Of a stretch of DNA of 64,000 bases, positions 9,050 to 19,171 are shown in pieces (positions within the stretch are counted from its first letter, which is position 1; each line of letters opens with the position of its first letter). The stretch comes from an uncultured delta proteobacterium (GTDB taxonomy: Bacteria; Desulfobacterota; Desulfobacteria; Desulfobacterales; JAFDCJ01). The notes below the pieces were generated by a model. The model worked only from the letters and a program-made list of their open reading frames with translations, had not been told where the DNA came from and searched no databases. The stretch lies in assembly GCA_963769935.1 (NCBI GenBank), contig CAVYNY010000032.1, forward strand, positions 64,001-128,000. Direction: 5' to 3'. The position numbers and the translations under genes are program-made.

Positions 9050-9970
9050 ATGACGAAACCGTTCCAGAGAGTCGCGGTTATCGGCACCGGCACCCTGGGT
9101 GCCCAGATAGCTATGCTGGCATCCAATGCGGGTTACAGCGTCAACGTTTTTGACCGGCAGTCGGGTGCATTTGATCAAATGATTCAAAAGCTGCAAGCGG
9201 ACATGAAAGCCAAAAAGGTGAGTCCGTTTATCGCCTATGATCAGTGGGACGTCTGCCGGCAGCAGATTCAGCAATTCGAAGAGCTGGAAGCGGCTGTCAA
9301 AGAGGCCGATCTGGTAATTGAAGCCGTGCCCGAAAATCTGGAGCTTAAACAGAAGGTATTCCGCCAACTTGGGGAACTTGCCCCGCCGGCGGCCATTCTG
9401 GCCACCAACAGTTCTTCGATTCCGGTATCCCGCCTGGAGCAGAGCAGCGGCCGGCCCGAGCGCTGCCTGAACCTGCATTTTTACATGGCGCTGCACGGCA
9501 TGAATATCGCCGATGTCATGGGCGGCACCTGCACGCTGGCCGAAGTGATGGATCAGGGCATCAACTGGGTGCGGTCGCTGGGGTGCATTCCTTTGACCGT
9601 GAAAAAAGAGCTGCTGGGGTTTTGCTTCAACCGCGTGTGGCGCGCCGTCAAGCGCGAGGTGCTGTACATGTGGTCCAATGATTATGTGGACTTCAGGGAT
9701 GTGGACCGCGCCTGGATGAAGTTTACCGGCCGCGAAGACCGGCCCGGACCCTTCGGACTGATGGACAGCGTCGGACTCGATGTGATCTATGACATCGAAA
9801 TGGTCTATTACCGGGATTCAGAGGATCCCAAGGATCATCCGCCGGAGGCCCTTAAACGGAAAGTTGAAAGCGGTGAGTTGGGGGTCAAGACCGGACGGGG
9901 ATTTTACACCTATCCGGATCCGGAGTATCTTCAGGCTGATTTTTTGAAGGCGGTTAAAATTGAAGATTGA
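9050..9970 (+). CDS. 3-hydroxyacyl-CoA dehydrogenase family protein
   Basis: VIGTGTLG, EAVPENLELK, ATNSSS, LHF, GPFGLMDSVGLD, GELGVKTGRGFY. Confidence 0.92.
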   Translation: MTKPFQRVAVIGTGTLGAQIAMLASNAGYSVNVFDRQSGAFDQMIQKLQADMKAKKVSPFIAYDQWDVCRQQIQQFEELEAAVKEADLVIEAVPENLELKQKVFRQLGELAPPAAILATNSSSIPVSRLEQSSGRPERCLNLHFYMALHGMNIADVMGGTCTLAEVMDQGINWVRSLGCIPLTVKKELLGFCFNRVWRAVKREVLYMWSNDYVDFRDVDRAWMKFTGREDRPGPFGLMDSVGLDVIYDIEMVYYRDSEDPKDHPPEALKRKVESGELGVKTGRGFYTYPDPEYLQADFLKAVKIED

Positions 9971-10187
9971 CTATTGAATAGTTGTGGTATTCTGTCGATT
10001 TAAATTTGCATTCGCGTTCAATGGAACCTGAACCGGAATTGTCAGAAAAAGCCCGGCATGGACTGATTGCCGCAACGAGCAGCTAATGCGTTCAGCCGAT
10101 GGCTGCATAGATTTTGCCGCCATGAGAAGGCGGGCAGTTTGATCGAAGACGAAACTTCTTGGGAACCAGAAAAAAGTTTTAAGATGT

Positions 10188-10325
10188 TGTGGGAGCGGTT
10201 TTCCCTCCGGGCGTAAGCTCTACCCTCCGGCCTGCAAGCCCTACGGGCTATAAGCGGGGCTGGAGGCAACCGCGATCAATTCGGTCGGGCCATCACCTGG
10301 AATCGCAGTTAATAGCCACTCCCAC
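10188..10325. repeat. REP-like palindromic doublet with nested CCTCCGG...GGAGGC insertions
   Basis: tgtgggagcggttttc|...|aaccgcgat ... atcgcagttaatagccactcccac, with the left arm interrupted by cctccgggcgtaagctctaccctccggcctgcaagccctacgggctataagcggggctggaggc. Confidence 0.6.
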
Positions 10326-10560
10326 CAACCATTTACTCTATCCTAAAGGTGGCATCGAATTTAATTTTGCTTCATATGTGATTTCAGCAGATTCATACCA
10401 GGGCTTTCCCTGCGAACCGCAGATTCCCTCCGGCCGGAAGCTGCCCGCCCCGTTCTGACTTTAAGGATATGCCCTCTGCCGTCTTTCAGTTTTTTTCTCA
10501 TCTTCTCATCTTCCCAGCTTCGTACCTTCTCACCTTCTCACCCTCTCACCTTCTTTCCTT

Positions 10561-11229
10561 TCACCCCAACACCACCAGCGCATCCACCGCGACCGGTCGG
10601 CCGCCGGAAATAATGACGGGGTTGATGTCAATTTCCTTTATTTTTTCATTTTCCATTCCGATCCGGCCGACCGTAATCAGCATATGCGCCAGTAAATCCC
10701 GATCGGCGGCCTCCATGCCGCGCACGGCGTCCAGTATTTTGTGGGCTTTGATTTCCTGCATCATTTCAAGGGCGTCCCTTTTATCCAGGGGTGCAACCCG
10801 AAAAGCCGTGTCATTCAGCACCTCGGTAAAGATGCCGCCCAGACCAAACATAACGCAGGGGCCAAACTGAGGATCTCGGGTCAATCCCAGCACCAGCTCG
10901 CGCGTGCCCCTGATCATCTGCTGAACCAGAACGGCTTTGCCATCAGCGCTCATGTCCGCCATAATTTCTTCGAAAGCAGCCGCGGCCTCCCCGGCGTTTC
11001 TGACATCCAGCCGGATCAATCCTTTTTCGGTCTTGTGAGCGAGGTCCGCCGAACATCCTTTAAGAACCAGCGGATAGCCGATTTCAGCGGCGGCTTCGTT
11101 TAGTTCCCCATGGGTTTTGACCAGTTTTTCGCGGGTGACCGGCAGACCGTATGACGCCAGGACCAATTTGGATTCGTACTCGGAAAGCGTCGATCGGTTT
11201 TCTTTCAGGGCATCGTCTATGATTCTCAT
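10561..11229 (-). CDS. Acetate-CoA ligase (ADP-forming) ATP-grasp subunit
   Basis: LSEYESKLVLASYGLP, IGYPLVLK, HKTEKG, RDPQFGPCVMFGLGG, EIDINP. Start taken at MRIIDD (11229) after GAGGA. Confidence 0.88.
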   Translation of the reverse strand: MRIIDDALKENRSTLSEYESKLVLASYGLPVTREKLVKTHGELNEAAAEIGYPLVLKGCSADLAHKTEKGLIRLDVRNAGEAAAAFEEIMADMSADGKAVLVQQMIRGTRELVLGLTRDPQFGPCVMFGLGGIFTEVLNDTAFRVAPLDKRDALEMMQEIKAHKILDAVRGMEAADRDLLAHMLITVGRIGMENEKIKEIDINPVIISGGRPVAVDALVVLG

Positions 11230-11641
11230 CGGTTCCTCTCTTTGGGTTTTATTAATAAGTTCGGAATTATTTAGACAAAGTTGGTGCAATTGCGAATTCG
11301 GACTGCCCGATTGGACCACCCGCTGCGCTCCAGGCACAGAAGACACGGAGGGGTATTATTCTTTACTTAATTATTTATGGCCCCCTAAGTAATTCTAACT
11401 TTTATTTATCAAGTTGAATTTATACTGTAAAATCGGAAATGTAAAGATTTTGATTAACCCAATAGCTACAAAAAATATTCCATTTGCATTTCTGAAATGG
11501 AATAAATGTGATATGAAAAGTTTTACGGCCGGGGAAGCCGAACAAAATGACTGAAAACTCACCCTTTGCTCAGGCTTTCGGCAAGTCATGAAATGGGCTG
11601 TGTTCTGTCTTTAAAATATGCGACAAAACAGCGGTAGCAAT

Positions 11642-13201
11642 ATGATCAAGTCAATGAACATTGCCTGGTGGGTCAAGCGCTGGAGCGAATTGCATCCGCA
11701 CAAAACTGCGATCATTTTCGAAGGCAACCGGATAAGTTATCTGGAGCTGCATCAAAGGGTCAATCGGTCGTGCTGCTGGCTTCAGTCGCTGGGAATCGAG
11801 AAAGGCGACCGGGTTGCGGTCATGTTAGGCAATTGTCCGGAATTTCTTGAACTCTTCCTGGCATGCTCAAGGTTGGGTGCGCTTTTCGTGCCGATCAATT
11901 ACCGGCTGGCGGCGCCGGAATTGGACTATACGCTTACCAATTCACGACCCAGGCTTTTCGTTTTCGGAGCTGAATTTGTCGAGACCGTGTCCAGTCTTAA
12001 CCTGAATAAACGCCGGCTCTTGATGCTGCTGGCCGGTATTCCTGCCTGCACCCGAATTGCGGATGTCCTGGACTATCATGCCGATTCGGCTCCTTTTGAG
12101 GGACAGCAGCCCTTTCTTACCGATTTAATGGCGCCGGCCGTTCCGGAGGAAGCGCATGTGATTATGTATACCTCCGGCACCACCGGGCAGCCCAAAGGCG
12201 CCGTACTATCGCATCGCAAAACGTTTTTTAACTGCCTCAATGCGGACATTTTTTTCAAACTCCATTTTGATGATAAGATGCTCATTGTCCTGCCGCTTTT
12301 TCATTCCGGCGGACTTTTTATTCAGGCTTCGCCCGTGATTTACAAAGGGGCGACAATAATTCTCCATAGAAATTTCGATCCGCACCGAACCTACCGGGAT
12401 ATCCGGGAGTATCAGGTGACCAAATTTCTCGGCGTACCGACGATCTACAAGTCTCTGGTCAAGGCGGAATCGGAGCAGAGAGCGGATCTATCATCATTGA
12501 GGGTCAGCGCCATCGGCGGTGAAAAATTAACGCCGGAACTGATGGCACAGTTTAAAGAAGCCGGCTTCTCGCTGCGCCAGATCATGGGACAGACTGAAAC
12601 TTCAATTCTCTTATGGGCCCATGAGGAGGATGCCGACCGTAAGCCGGATTCGGTCGGCCGGCCTGTTTTTCATGCCGACGTTCGGGTGGTGGACCGCAAC
12701 GGCCGCCCCTGTGAACCCGGGCAGGTGGGGGAGATCGTCGTGCGGGGCTCGATTATGATGACGGAATACTGGCAGGATCCCGTCAAAACCGAAGAAACGA
12801 TCAGGGGCGGATGGCTGCACACCGGCGATCTGGCCCGCATGGATGAAGACGGTTATTTTTACCTTATCGACCGGGCCAGGGATATGTTTGTTTCCGGGGG
12901 TGAAAATGTATATCCGGCGGAGATTGAAAGGGTTCTGCGGATGCATTCGGAGGTTGAGGACATCGCGGTCGTCGGCATGCCGGACGAAACCTGGGGTGAG
13001 GTAGGTTGTGCTTTTGTGATACCGAAACCGAAAGCCAATCCCAGGGCCGAAGATTTGATCAAATATTGCGACGGTAAACTGGCGCGATATAAATGGCCCA
13101 GGCACATTCAGCTCCGCGCGGAATTTCCGCTCACCGCCCTGGGCAAAGTGCGTAAAACAGAGCTTAAAGAACGATACCTGGCGCAGAGAAAAAACAAATA
13201 G
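11642..13201 (+). CDS. Long-chain acyl-CoA synthetase / AMP-binding enzyme
   Basis: YTSGTTGQPKG, GQTE, WLHTGD, SGGENVYPAEIE, GKVRK. Start uncertain (11618, 11642 or 11654). Confidence 0.92.
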   Translation: MIKSMNIAWWVKRWSELHPHKTAIIFEGNRISYLELHQRVNRSCCWLQSLGIEKGDRVAVMLGNCPEFLELFLACSRLGALFVPINYRLAAPELDYTLTNSRPRLFVFGAEFVETVSSLNLNKRRLLMLLAGIPACTRIADVLDYHADSAPFEGQQPFLTDLMAPAVPEEAHVIMYTSGTTGQPKGAVLSHRKTFFNCLNADIFFKLHFDDKMLIVLPLFHSGGLFIQASPVIYKGATIILHRNFDPHRTYRDIREYQVTKFLGVPTIYKSLVKAESEQRADLSSLRVSAIGGEKLTPELMAQFKEAGFSLRQIMGQTETSILLWAHEEDADRKPDSVGRPVFHADVRVVDRNGRPCEPGQVGEIVVRGSIMMTEYWQDPVKTEETIRGGWLHTGDLARMDEDGYFYLIDRARDMFVSGGENVYPAEIERVLRMHSEVEDIAVVGMPDETWGEVGCAFVIPKPKANPRAEDLIKYCDGKLARYKWPRHIQLRAEFPLTALGKVRKTELKERYLAQRKNK

Positions 13202-13284
13202 AATACGGTTCTGTTTGGTTCATTATCAGATCTACATATTTCAGGCAATCTTTCGAGGGTATTTTGAGTTCCAGCCCCGAAACC

Positions 13285-14046
13285 TCAGAACCGAATCGAC
13301 ATGCAGGTCAACGCGCCGTCCATTTTGCGCACTTCACTGGTTTCAAGCTCGATTATTTTAAAGCCGAGAGACTCAAGTTGTTTGCGGGTGCGCGGGAATC
13401 CCGCGGGCATCAGTAAATGCTCATTGACCAGCAGGGTGTTGGCCGCATAATCCTCAATACTCTCGGTTACAATTCGGTCATATCCTTTGAGCTGCTCACT
13501 GTGCGCAAAGTCGGTGGTTACGAGCAGTGTGTTGCCGCCGACATAAGTGACACCGGATTTAAAGTGCAGTCCTGCGCCCACCGCCACCGGGGTCCAGGTG
13601 TTGCCGTAGCTTTGCAGGATTCGGCCCAGCTGCTCGGCGCCCTGTCTGTTGGTGCGCTCCGACAGCCCGATAAAGAAATGGCTGCCCACCTGAAGGACAT
13701 CGCCGCCGTCGACGGTGCCGGGAGCCTGGATGCGCTCAACTTTACGGAATTCAGCCAGAACCGGTGCAATGAATTCCTCCTCGCCCCGGCGCGCTGCGGC
13801 TCCCGGATTGGTAATGACGGCCACATCCGAAGTTACCACGGCGGTATCTTCGACAAAATGCGCATCCGGAAAATCCGGCAGGGGATCGAGTACGATCACC
13901 TCGAGTCCGGCGGCGGTCAAGGCTTCAAGGTAGGCCGCATGCTGTTTGACCATCAAAGCATAGTCGGCCGGTTCGGAGCTGACGGCTGTGCTGAGGCCCC
14001 GGGCAAAATTCTTACATGGCTTTCTGGTTACGGCGTGGGTGAACAT
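13285..14046 (-). CDS. ddaH: Dimethylarginine dimethylaminohydrolase (amidinotransferase family)
   Basis: FPDAHFVEDTAV, RRGE, DGGDVL, LHFKSG, KMDGALTCMSIRF. Confidence 0.88.
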   Translation of the reverse strand: MFTHAVTRKPCKNFARGLSTAVSSEPADYALMVKQHAAYLEALTAAGLEVIVLDPLPDFPDAHFVEDTAVVTSDVAVITNPGAAARRGEEEFIAPVLAEFRKVERIQAPGTVDGGDVLQVGSHFFIGLSERTNRQGAEQLGRILQSYGNTWTPVAVGAGLHFKSGVTYVGGNTLLVTTDFAHSEQLKGYDRIVTESIEDYAANTLLVNEHLLMPAGFPRTRKQLESLGFKIIELETSEVRKMDGALTCMSIRF

Positions 14047-14097
14047 CGGTCGGGAATCCTTTTCTCTGCAGCAATCTATTTGCTTGATCCTGGATAA

Positions 14098-14484
14098 TCA
14101 TTGAACTTGCGCAATTTTTGTCAGCTGGTACGCTTCCTTCGGCCAATCCCGCAGTATTTGCAGAATCTCTCGGATGTAGGCGCACTCACATCGTGCCACA
14201 CAGGCTTCGAGAATCTCTTTGTCCAGGCAGTAGCCGGGACATGGCCCGGAGCCTGTCAACCGCTCCGAAAATATCGGTCCATCATAGAGGTCTTTGAATA
14301 GACCGGCAGGAATAGCAATTGTCGACATACATGTCAGATGGTTATATAGGAAATACCCAAGCTCCAGTTCGCTGAAATTTGCCTGATAACCTATTAGCCT
14401 CAGGTTGCCGTCATTCAGGAATTCATCCCGGGTAAACCATGGGTTCTCGCAGCAGCTGCATTTTTTAAATACTTGCATCGTCAC
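14098..14484 (-). CDS. Cysteine-rich hypothetical protein
   Basis: 128-aa ORF with CSCC, CPGYC and CVARCEC, co-oriented with ddaH. Confidence 0.7.
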   Translation of the reverse strand: MTMQVFKKCSCCENPWFTRDEFLNDGNLRLIGYQANFSELELGYFLYNHLTCMSTIAIPAGLFKDLYDGPIFSERLTGSGPCPGYCLDKEILEACVARCECAYIREILQILRDWPKEAYQLTKIAQVQ

Positions 14485-14883
14485 ACCATTTCATTTCACA
14501 TACTTCGTGAAGCCATTAGTTCCTGATTTGTGTTTTTGTTTATCGGCTGTCGTCGGATAACGACCTGTTAAACATGCAAAAATTGTTCCCGACTGTCTAT
14601 TTTGCTGTGTTTACAAGAGAGAGCTCTCGCTGACGCTTGATATTATTCGTTTTAGGGCAAAATCAGTCAAGACAATACTTCAGCCTTCCGTCTCATCATT
14701 CAGCGGCAGGATTTGCCGGAAAGGGCCGATTGTCAAAAAAATGGCACATACTGCGGTATCCGGACCTTTGAATGAAACTTCATCAGACCAATGTCATTTC
14801 AGTCAGCTGCCTGGTAATCTTTTGCGTTTTCATAAAGACCTATCAATCCGACAAAAATCCGCATTTCGAATTTCGCAATCGAA

Positions 14884-15555
14884 TTATTGCTTGGCCATGG
14901 CACTGATGAAGGCGTTGGCTTCTTTAATTGAAGCATTCATTTCCCTGATCAGGGCATCAACATCGGATTGGACGGAAACCAGTTCGGTTTGCAGCGAGGC
15001 GATTGCTTTGGCGTTCAGGTTGTGCTTAAGGTACAGGACCTGATCCTTAAACGCTGCCAGCACCGGATCCATTTTTTTTTCAGCCCGTTTCATGGCACTG
15101 ATCAGTTGGCTATACTGCCGTTTGGTCTGCTGCAGTTTGGCAGCGCTGCTGCGGCGCAAGCTGCTGTTGCTGTACTGGTCAAGCTCGGATTCCCACTCTT
15201 CAAACAGCGCCTTGGCCACATCTTCGACAGATTTGATGCGATCACTTACGTTTTCAGCGCGTGCTTCGCTCCGGTCGTATGCGGTCTTCAATTCATCATA
15301 TTTTTTTTCCAGGGCACCGCCCTCAAAATTAACGACGGTTCTAAATTTTTCCAGGGCCGACTCGAATTCTTCCTTCGCATCCTGCTGGGCGTCGCGGGCC
15401 GATTCAACGCGATTTACCATTAAATCCCGTTTGGGGTAGCCCAGTTTTTCCAGGGTGCCGTAATACGCAGACGAGCACCCCCACAAGAGGGTGCATATCG
15501 TACCAAGCAAAACCAGATTCAGGCGGTGTGGCACAATTGTTGCCGGCATGAACAT
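14884..15555 (-). CDS. DUF2959-family coiled-coil lipoprotein
   Basis: LWGC lipobox; KRDLMVNRVESARDAQQDAKEEF, ALFEEWESEL, DQVLYLKHNLNAKAI. Confidence 0.85.
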   Translation of the reverse strand: MFMPATIVPHRLNLVLLGTICTLLWGCSSAYYGTLEKLGYPKRDLMVNRVESARDAQQDAKEEFESALEKFRTVVNFEGGALEKKYDELKTAYDRSEARAENVSDRIKSVEDVAKALFEEWESELDQYSNSSLRRSSAAKLQQTKRQYSQLISAMKRAEKKMDPVLAAFKDQVLYLKHNLNAKAIASLQTELVSVQSDVDALIREMNASIKEANAFISAMAKQ

Positions 15556-15567
15556 AGTCCCTTCTAT

Positions 15568-15996
15568 CTAAAAGAACACATCGATAACCCTGCCGTCCGA
15601 CATTTGGCAGAGTCCGAAACCCCCGCTGGAAAATCCGAGAACCACATCGGTTAATCTAAACCGGCACGCCATTTGGCGGCCCTTGCTGCCGGATAACAAC
15701 GCCTTCACGTTGCCGGGAAAGCTCAGAAGGGCGGGAAAACTTGCCGGCTGAGCGGTGCCTTGGGAGGCGCCGGCCGCCATCATATCCTTCTGCGCGTCGA
15801 GCTTTTCAGGCTTGCCTTGGAAACGCTGGCCGTCGGGCAGCGTGGTGATCAATTCAGCTGCCGCGATTCTAGTATCTGTAAAGGTGATCTGGATTCTTGC
15901 AGCGTCCTGCCGGATAACGCCATCCATGGTGCCCGAACACCCGAGCACAACCATTAATACCATCGCTGCCAAGACCCCAATTACCGGTTTTTTCAT
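15568..15996 (-). CDS. Hypothetical lipoprotein
   Basis: MKKPVIGVLAAMVLMVVLGC lipobox; C-terminal C.F....GGFGLCQMSDGR. Confidence 0.75.
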   Translation of the reverse strand: MKKPVIGVLAAMVLMVVLGCSGTMDGVIRQDAARIQITFTDTRIAAAELITTLPDGQRFQGKPEKLDAQKDMMAAGASQGTAQPASFPALLSFPGNVKALLSGSKGRQMACRFRLTDVVLGFSSGGFGLCQMSDGRVIDVFF

Positions 15997-16040
15997 TTCC
16001 AGAATCCTCATGAGTTGATGAATGCAGTGCAATTTGATTC

Positions 16041-16079
16041 CAAAATTGCAAACCTGGTCTTGTGGGCCAGGATTCTTTA
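16041..16079. repeat. 39-bp dispersed repeat with hairpin (second copy at 59562-59600)
   Basis: caaaattgcaaacctggtcttgtgggccaggattcttta versus caaaattgcaaacctggccctctgggccaggattcttta. Confidence 0.85.
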
Positions 16080-16988
16080 CTTCTTCGTTTTCAAACTGAT
16101 GCCCAGCACGTTGGGTACCGGACGAGATATAAGCTTCTTAATATTTCCTTTAAGCTCGATGTCATAATTGCCGACGAATTCGTATTCGTGATCTCCGATG
16201 TGGATATACAACTGCGCCTGCGGACCGCCTTCAACATACATCGCTCTGGCGATGTTGAGGGGTAGTTGTTTAAGGATGTCGATAACGTCGTGGGTGCTGT
16301 AAGGCGATCCGACATGGATAAACAATACCCGCTCACGGTCATCGATTCCAATGGCCGCCGTACTCCATTTTTGGGGTTGTTGCGTCCAGACGTTTTTCCC
16401 GGTGCACGAAATCATGCGAATACTTTGGATCATGGTGCCGTATTTCTTATTCCACGTTTCGAAATCATCGCACTGCCGATCAATTATTTTTACCCGGGGA
16501 ACGTCGGCCTGCTTTCTGTCAAAGGCCAGGACCGCCATATCTTTGGAAAGTCGCGGGTTATTCACATGGGCTTTGGTGCGCATCAAAGATACGCTGCTTT
16601 TGTAATCGGCCTGGTACATGCTGGCGTTGATGACGGCCACCAACCCGTTTTGGCGGCTCCATTCCTTGGCGGACATCGGCCGCCCGTTTTCATCGGCCGA
16701 CGCATTGAGCAATCTCAGCTTGTAGCGCTGCGGATCGATTCTCAGTACTCGTATTTTTGAATCGCCGATTTCCGAAGGCAGGTGAGAGGAAAAAATTCCC
16801 AACTCAAGTCCTTCCGCGAGTTTCAGCCACCCGGGATCTGCATCCGAAGCGGTATTTCGGGTCTGCTCGCCGGTTTCGGCGGCAACCGGGCAACTGCCGG
16901 AAATGAGCATCAGAAATGTCATTGCTGCTGCAAACTTGGCAAGCGATGCACCGATGCCCGGGCTTTTGTTCAAAAACGATAACATCAT
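16077..16988 (-). CDS. Phosphodiester glycosidase (NAGPA-like) family exported protein
   Basis: Signal-like N-terminus; LRIDP, AVINASMY, STAAIGID and RAMYVEGG...QL motifs. Confidence 0.72.
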   Translation of the reverse strand: MMLSFLNKSPGIGASLAKFAAAMTFLMLISGSCPVAAETGEQTRNTASDADPGWLKLAEGLELGIFSSHLPSEIGDSKIRVLRIDPQRYKLRLLNASADENGRPMSAKEWSRQNGLVAVINASMYQADYKSSVSLMRTKAHVNNPRLSKDMAVLAFDRKQADVPRVKIIDRQCDDFETWNKKYGTMIQSIRMISCTGKNVWTQQPQKWSTAAIGIDDRERVLFIHVGSPYSTHDVIDILKQLPLNIARAMYVEGGPQAQLYIHIGDHEYEFVGNYDIELKGNIKKLISRPVPNVLGISLKTKK

Positions 16989-17149
16989 GTTCCTTTACGC
17001 TCACAATCGACATCTATTCGTGTTATAAAACAAATGATGCTTGGTTGTAAAGATGTTAACCCAATCCAAGAATGCCTTTGTTGCAATTTTTTCCGGCTTT
17101 ACTTTATACGAGGCCATCAAAATTTGTAACCTTAAAAGGGAGGAACTCG

Positions 17150-17674
17150 ATGTCTAATGAAAATAATCTAAAGGATCCGGCAGCTGATGAAAAACCGGTG
17201 AAAGAGGACAATCTCAATGCCAGGCTCGGCGTGCTGACCCGGCGTGAGGTGGAAGCCCGCATGCTTAAACCCATCATCGATGCCCTGGGTGAGGCCTTCG
17301 GTCGCGATGCGGTGCTGGCCGTAGTGCGGGATACCATTGTCGGGGTTGCCCGGGAGCAGGGAGCAGCACTCAGGCGACAGATGGGGGGCGATTCGCTGAA
17401 TTATTTTGTCGATTCCCTCAACTACTGGACCAGGGACCATGCCCTCGAAATCGATATAATCGAAGAATCCGATAAGATATTATCTTTCAATGTTACCCGC
17501 TGCCGCTATGCCGAGCTTTATGAAAGTTTGGGGATACGCAATATCGGCACCATTTTATCCTGCACCCGGGATTTTTCTCTGGTCGAGGGCTTTAATCCGG
17601 ATATTTCGCTGAAACGAACCCGGACGATTATGGAAGGCGCCGATTATTGCGATTTTCGCTATCGGCTTATATGA
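17150..17674 (+). CDS. L-2-amino-thiazoline-4-carboxylate hydrolase-family protein
   Basis: [40 protein letters not shown] before ATG 17150. Confidence 0.82.
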   Translation: MSNENNLKDPAADEKPVKEDNLNARLGVLTRREVEARMLKPIIDALGEAFGRDAVLAVVRDTIVGVAREQGAALRRQMGGDSLNYFVDSLNYWTRDHALEIDIIEESDKILSFNVTRCRYAELYESLGIRNIGTILSCTRDFSLVEGFNPDISLKRTRTIMEGADYCDFRYRLI

Positions 17675-17939
17675 AACTACATCTCACACAGAGCACTCAG
17701 AGATCACAGAGGTTAGGGTTGGCAGCCGCCTGCGGCGAAAGAAAAATGTTCTCCGCGGTCTCTGTGAGCTCTAACGAAGTGGGCGTGATAGTAAATCCAA
17801 CTGTGTCCGAATTCCCAAAAGTTTTTTTCTCGATTAATCTGGCCGTCTTTTGGGCCAGCGGCCCGGCTCGTGTGAAACTTCAATTAGATGAAGGTATGGA
17901 ATGGATCCGATTATTTTCATTAAAATAAGAATCCATTCC
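17671..17939. repeat. Composite intergenic repeat (relative of the 4453 family) followed by a short GGAATGGAT...ATCCATTCC element
   Basis: Starts atgaaact and contains tttttctcgattaatctggccgtcttttgggccagcggc, similar to 4565-4602. 17898-17939 has inverted termini like 61843-61994. Confidence 0.6.
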
Positions 17940-17941
17940 TC

Positions 17942-19171
17942 TTAATCCATGATCAGGCAGTCGGCGACCAGCTCCCAGAGGTATTTGACCTGCAGGCCTT
18001 CAAAATCATAGTGACTTTTGATATTTTCCAGCTGGCCGTGGCAGCTGTGGCACGGTACCACCACCATGGAAGCACCGGTAGCTTTGATTTGTTCCATTTT
18101 CCGGCGGCCATAATAAATTCGTTCTTCGTTGTAGCCGGTCGTCAGGGCACCGCCGCCGCCGCCGCAGCAAATCTGGAGTTGTTTGGATGGATACATATCG
18201 ACCCAATTTTCCAGGCACTGGCTCATAATCCAGCGGGGCTCCTCATAGTACCCATGGCCGAACAACTTTTCCGCCTTACGGCAGTAGTTGCAGGGATCGT
18301 GATAGGTCGCCAGAACATCATAACGGCCTTTATCGATTCGGATGCGTCCCTGTTTGATGTAGTCAATCAATAGATCAAACACGGTGAACACACCGATTTT
18401 TTGCAATAAGTGGGGGTGATATTTTTCCAGACCAGACCTGGTCGCAAGGTACGCGTGACCTCATTCCGGCCACATCAGGTTCCGGATCTCCAGCGTTTCC
18501 AGCTGGTGAGCGATGCGGTCGACCATGACTTTCATGGCCGCATCGTCGCCGGTGAATAAACCCCAGTTGACGCCTTCCCAGGCGTCGGATGCAACGGTCC
18601 AGTCTTCACCGGCCGCGAAAAAAATTTTCCACCAGTGTTTTAAATCTTCGGTGTGGGTGTTGACCAGCTTATTGTGGATGGTGGTCATCAGGTTGGCACC
18701 CTTTTTGTCAAGCGGCACCTGAAACCCCTCGAAACCGGGTTCTTCGCTGATTTCCGCCGCCACATCCTCCAAAATGAAGATAAAATCCTCTTTGGGAACT
18801 CCCAGGTTGTTGCCCGTCTTCATGGCGGCGGCCACCCCCTTGTGCAGAATTCCCGGCACCTGATCCCGGTCTCTGAGAGAGCGGATACCCCGCATGACGT
18901 TGGGGATGTCGATCTGCATCGGGCAGAGATATTCACATCTGGCGCACATGGTGCATATCCATGGCCAGCGGGATGCCACCAGCTCCTCTTCGAGTCCCAG
19001 CGTGACCATGCGGATAATTTTGCGTGGATCGAAGCCGTCAATTCCGCTCACCGGACAGACGCTGGCGCACAGCCCGCAGGTCTGGCAGACTTCCTGGGCA
19101 TAGGTCCAGGATTTGAATCGATTCCGCGGCAAGTCGCGGATATCGATGATGTTTTTGGTCTCATTGGTCAT
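17942..19171 (-). CDS. HdrC/HdrD-like (GlpC-type) Fe-S oxidoreductase, probable selenoprotein (409 aa, Sec at 18463-18461)
   Basis: ORFs 18461-19171 and 17942-18406 are in one frame, joined by a single TGA: ...WPE-TGA-GHAYLATRSGLEKYHPHLLQKIG. N-terminal CQTCGLCASVCP and CTMCARCEYLCP; CCG domain HDPCNY, CCGGGGG, PCHSC. Confidence 0.9.
18425..18460 (-). promoter_or_regulatory. Bacterial SECIS-like hairpin
   Basis: mRNA reads UGA GGUCACGCGUACCUUGC-GACCA-GGUC-UGGUC. The perfect stem at 18430-18443 carries an apical CAGGUCUG like the E. coli fdhF SECIS. Confidence 0.78.

Noticed and set aside
17942..19171. Two separate genes or a nonsense pseudogene, as the ORF track implies
   Set aside because: The single TGA is in frame, falls at a conserved Cys position and is followed by a SECIS-like hairpin.
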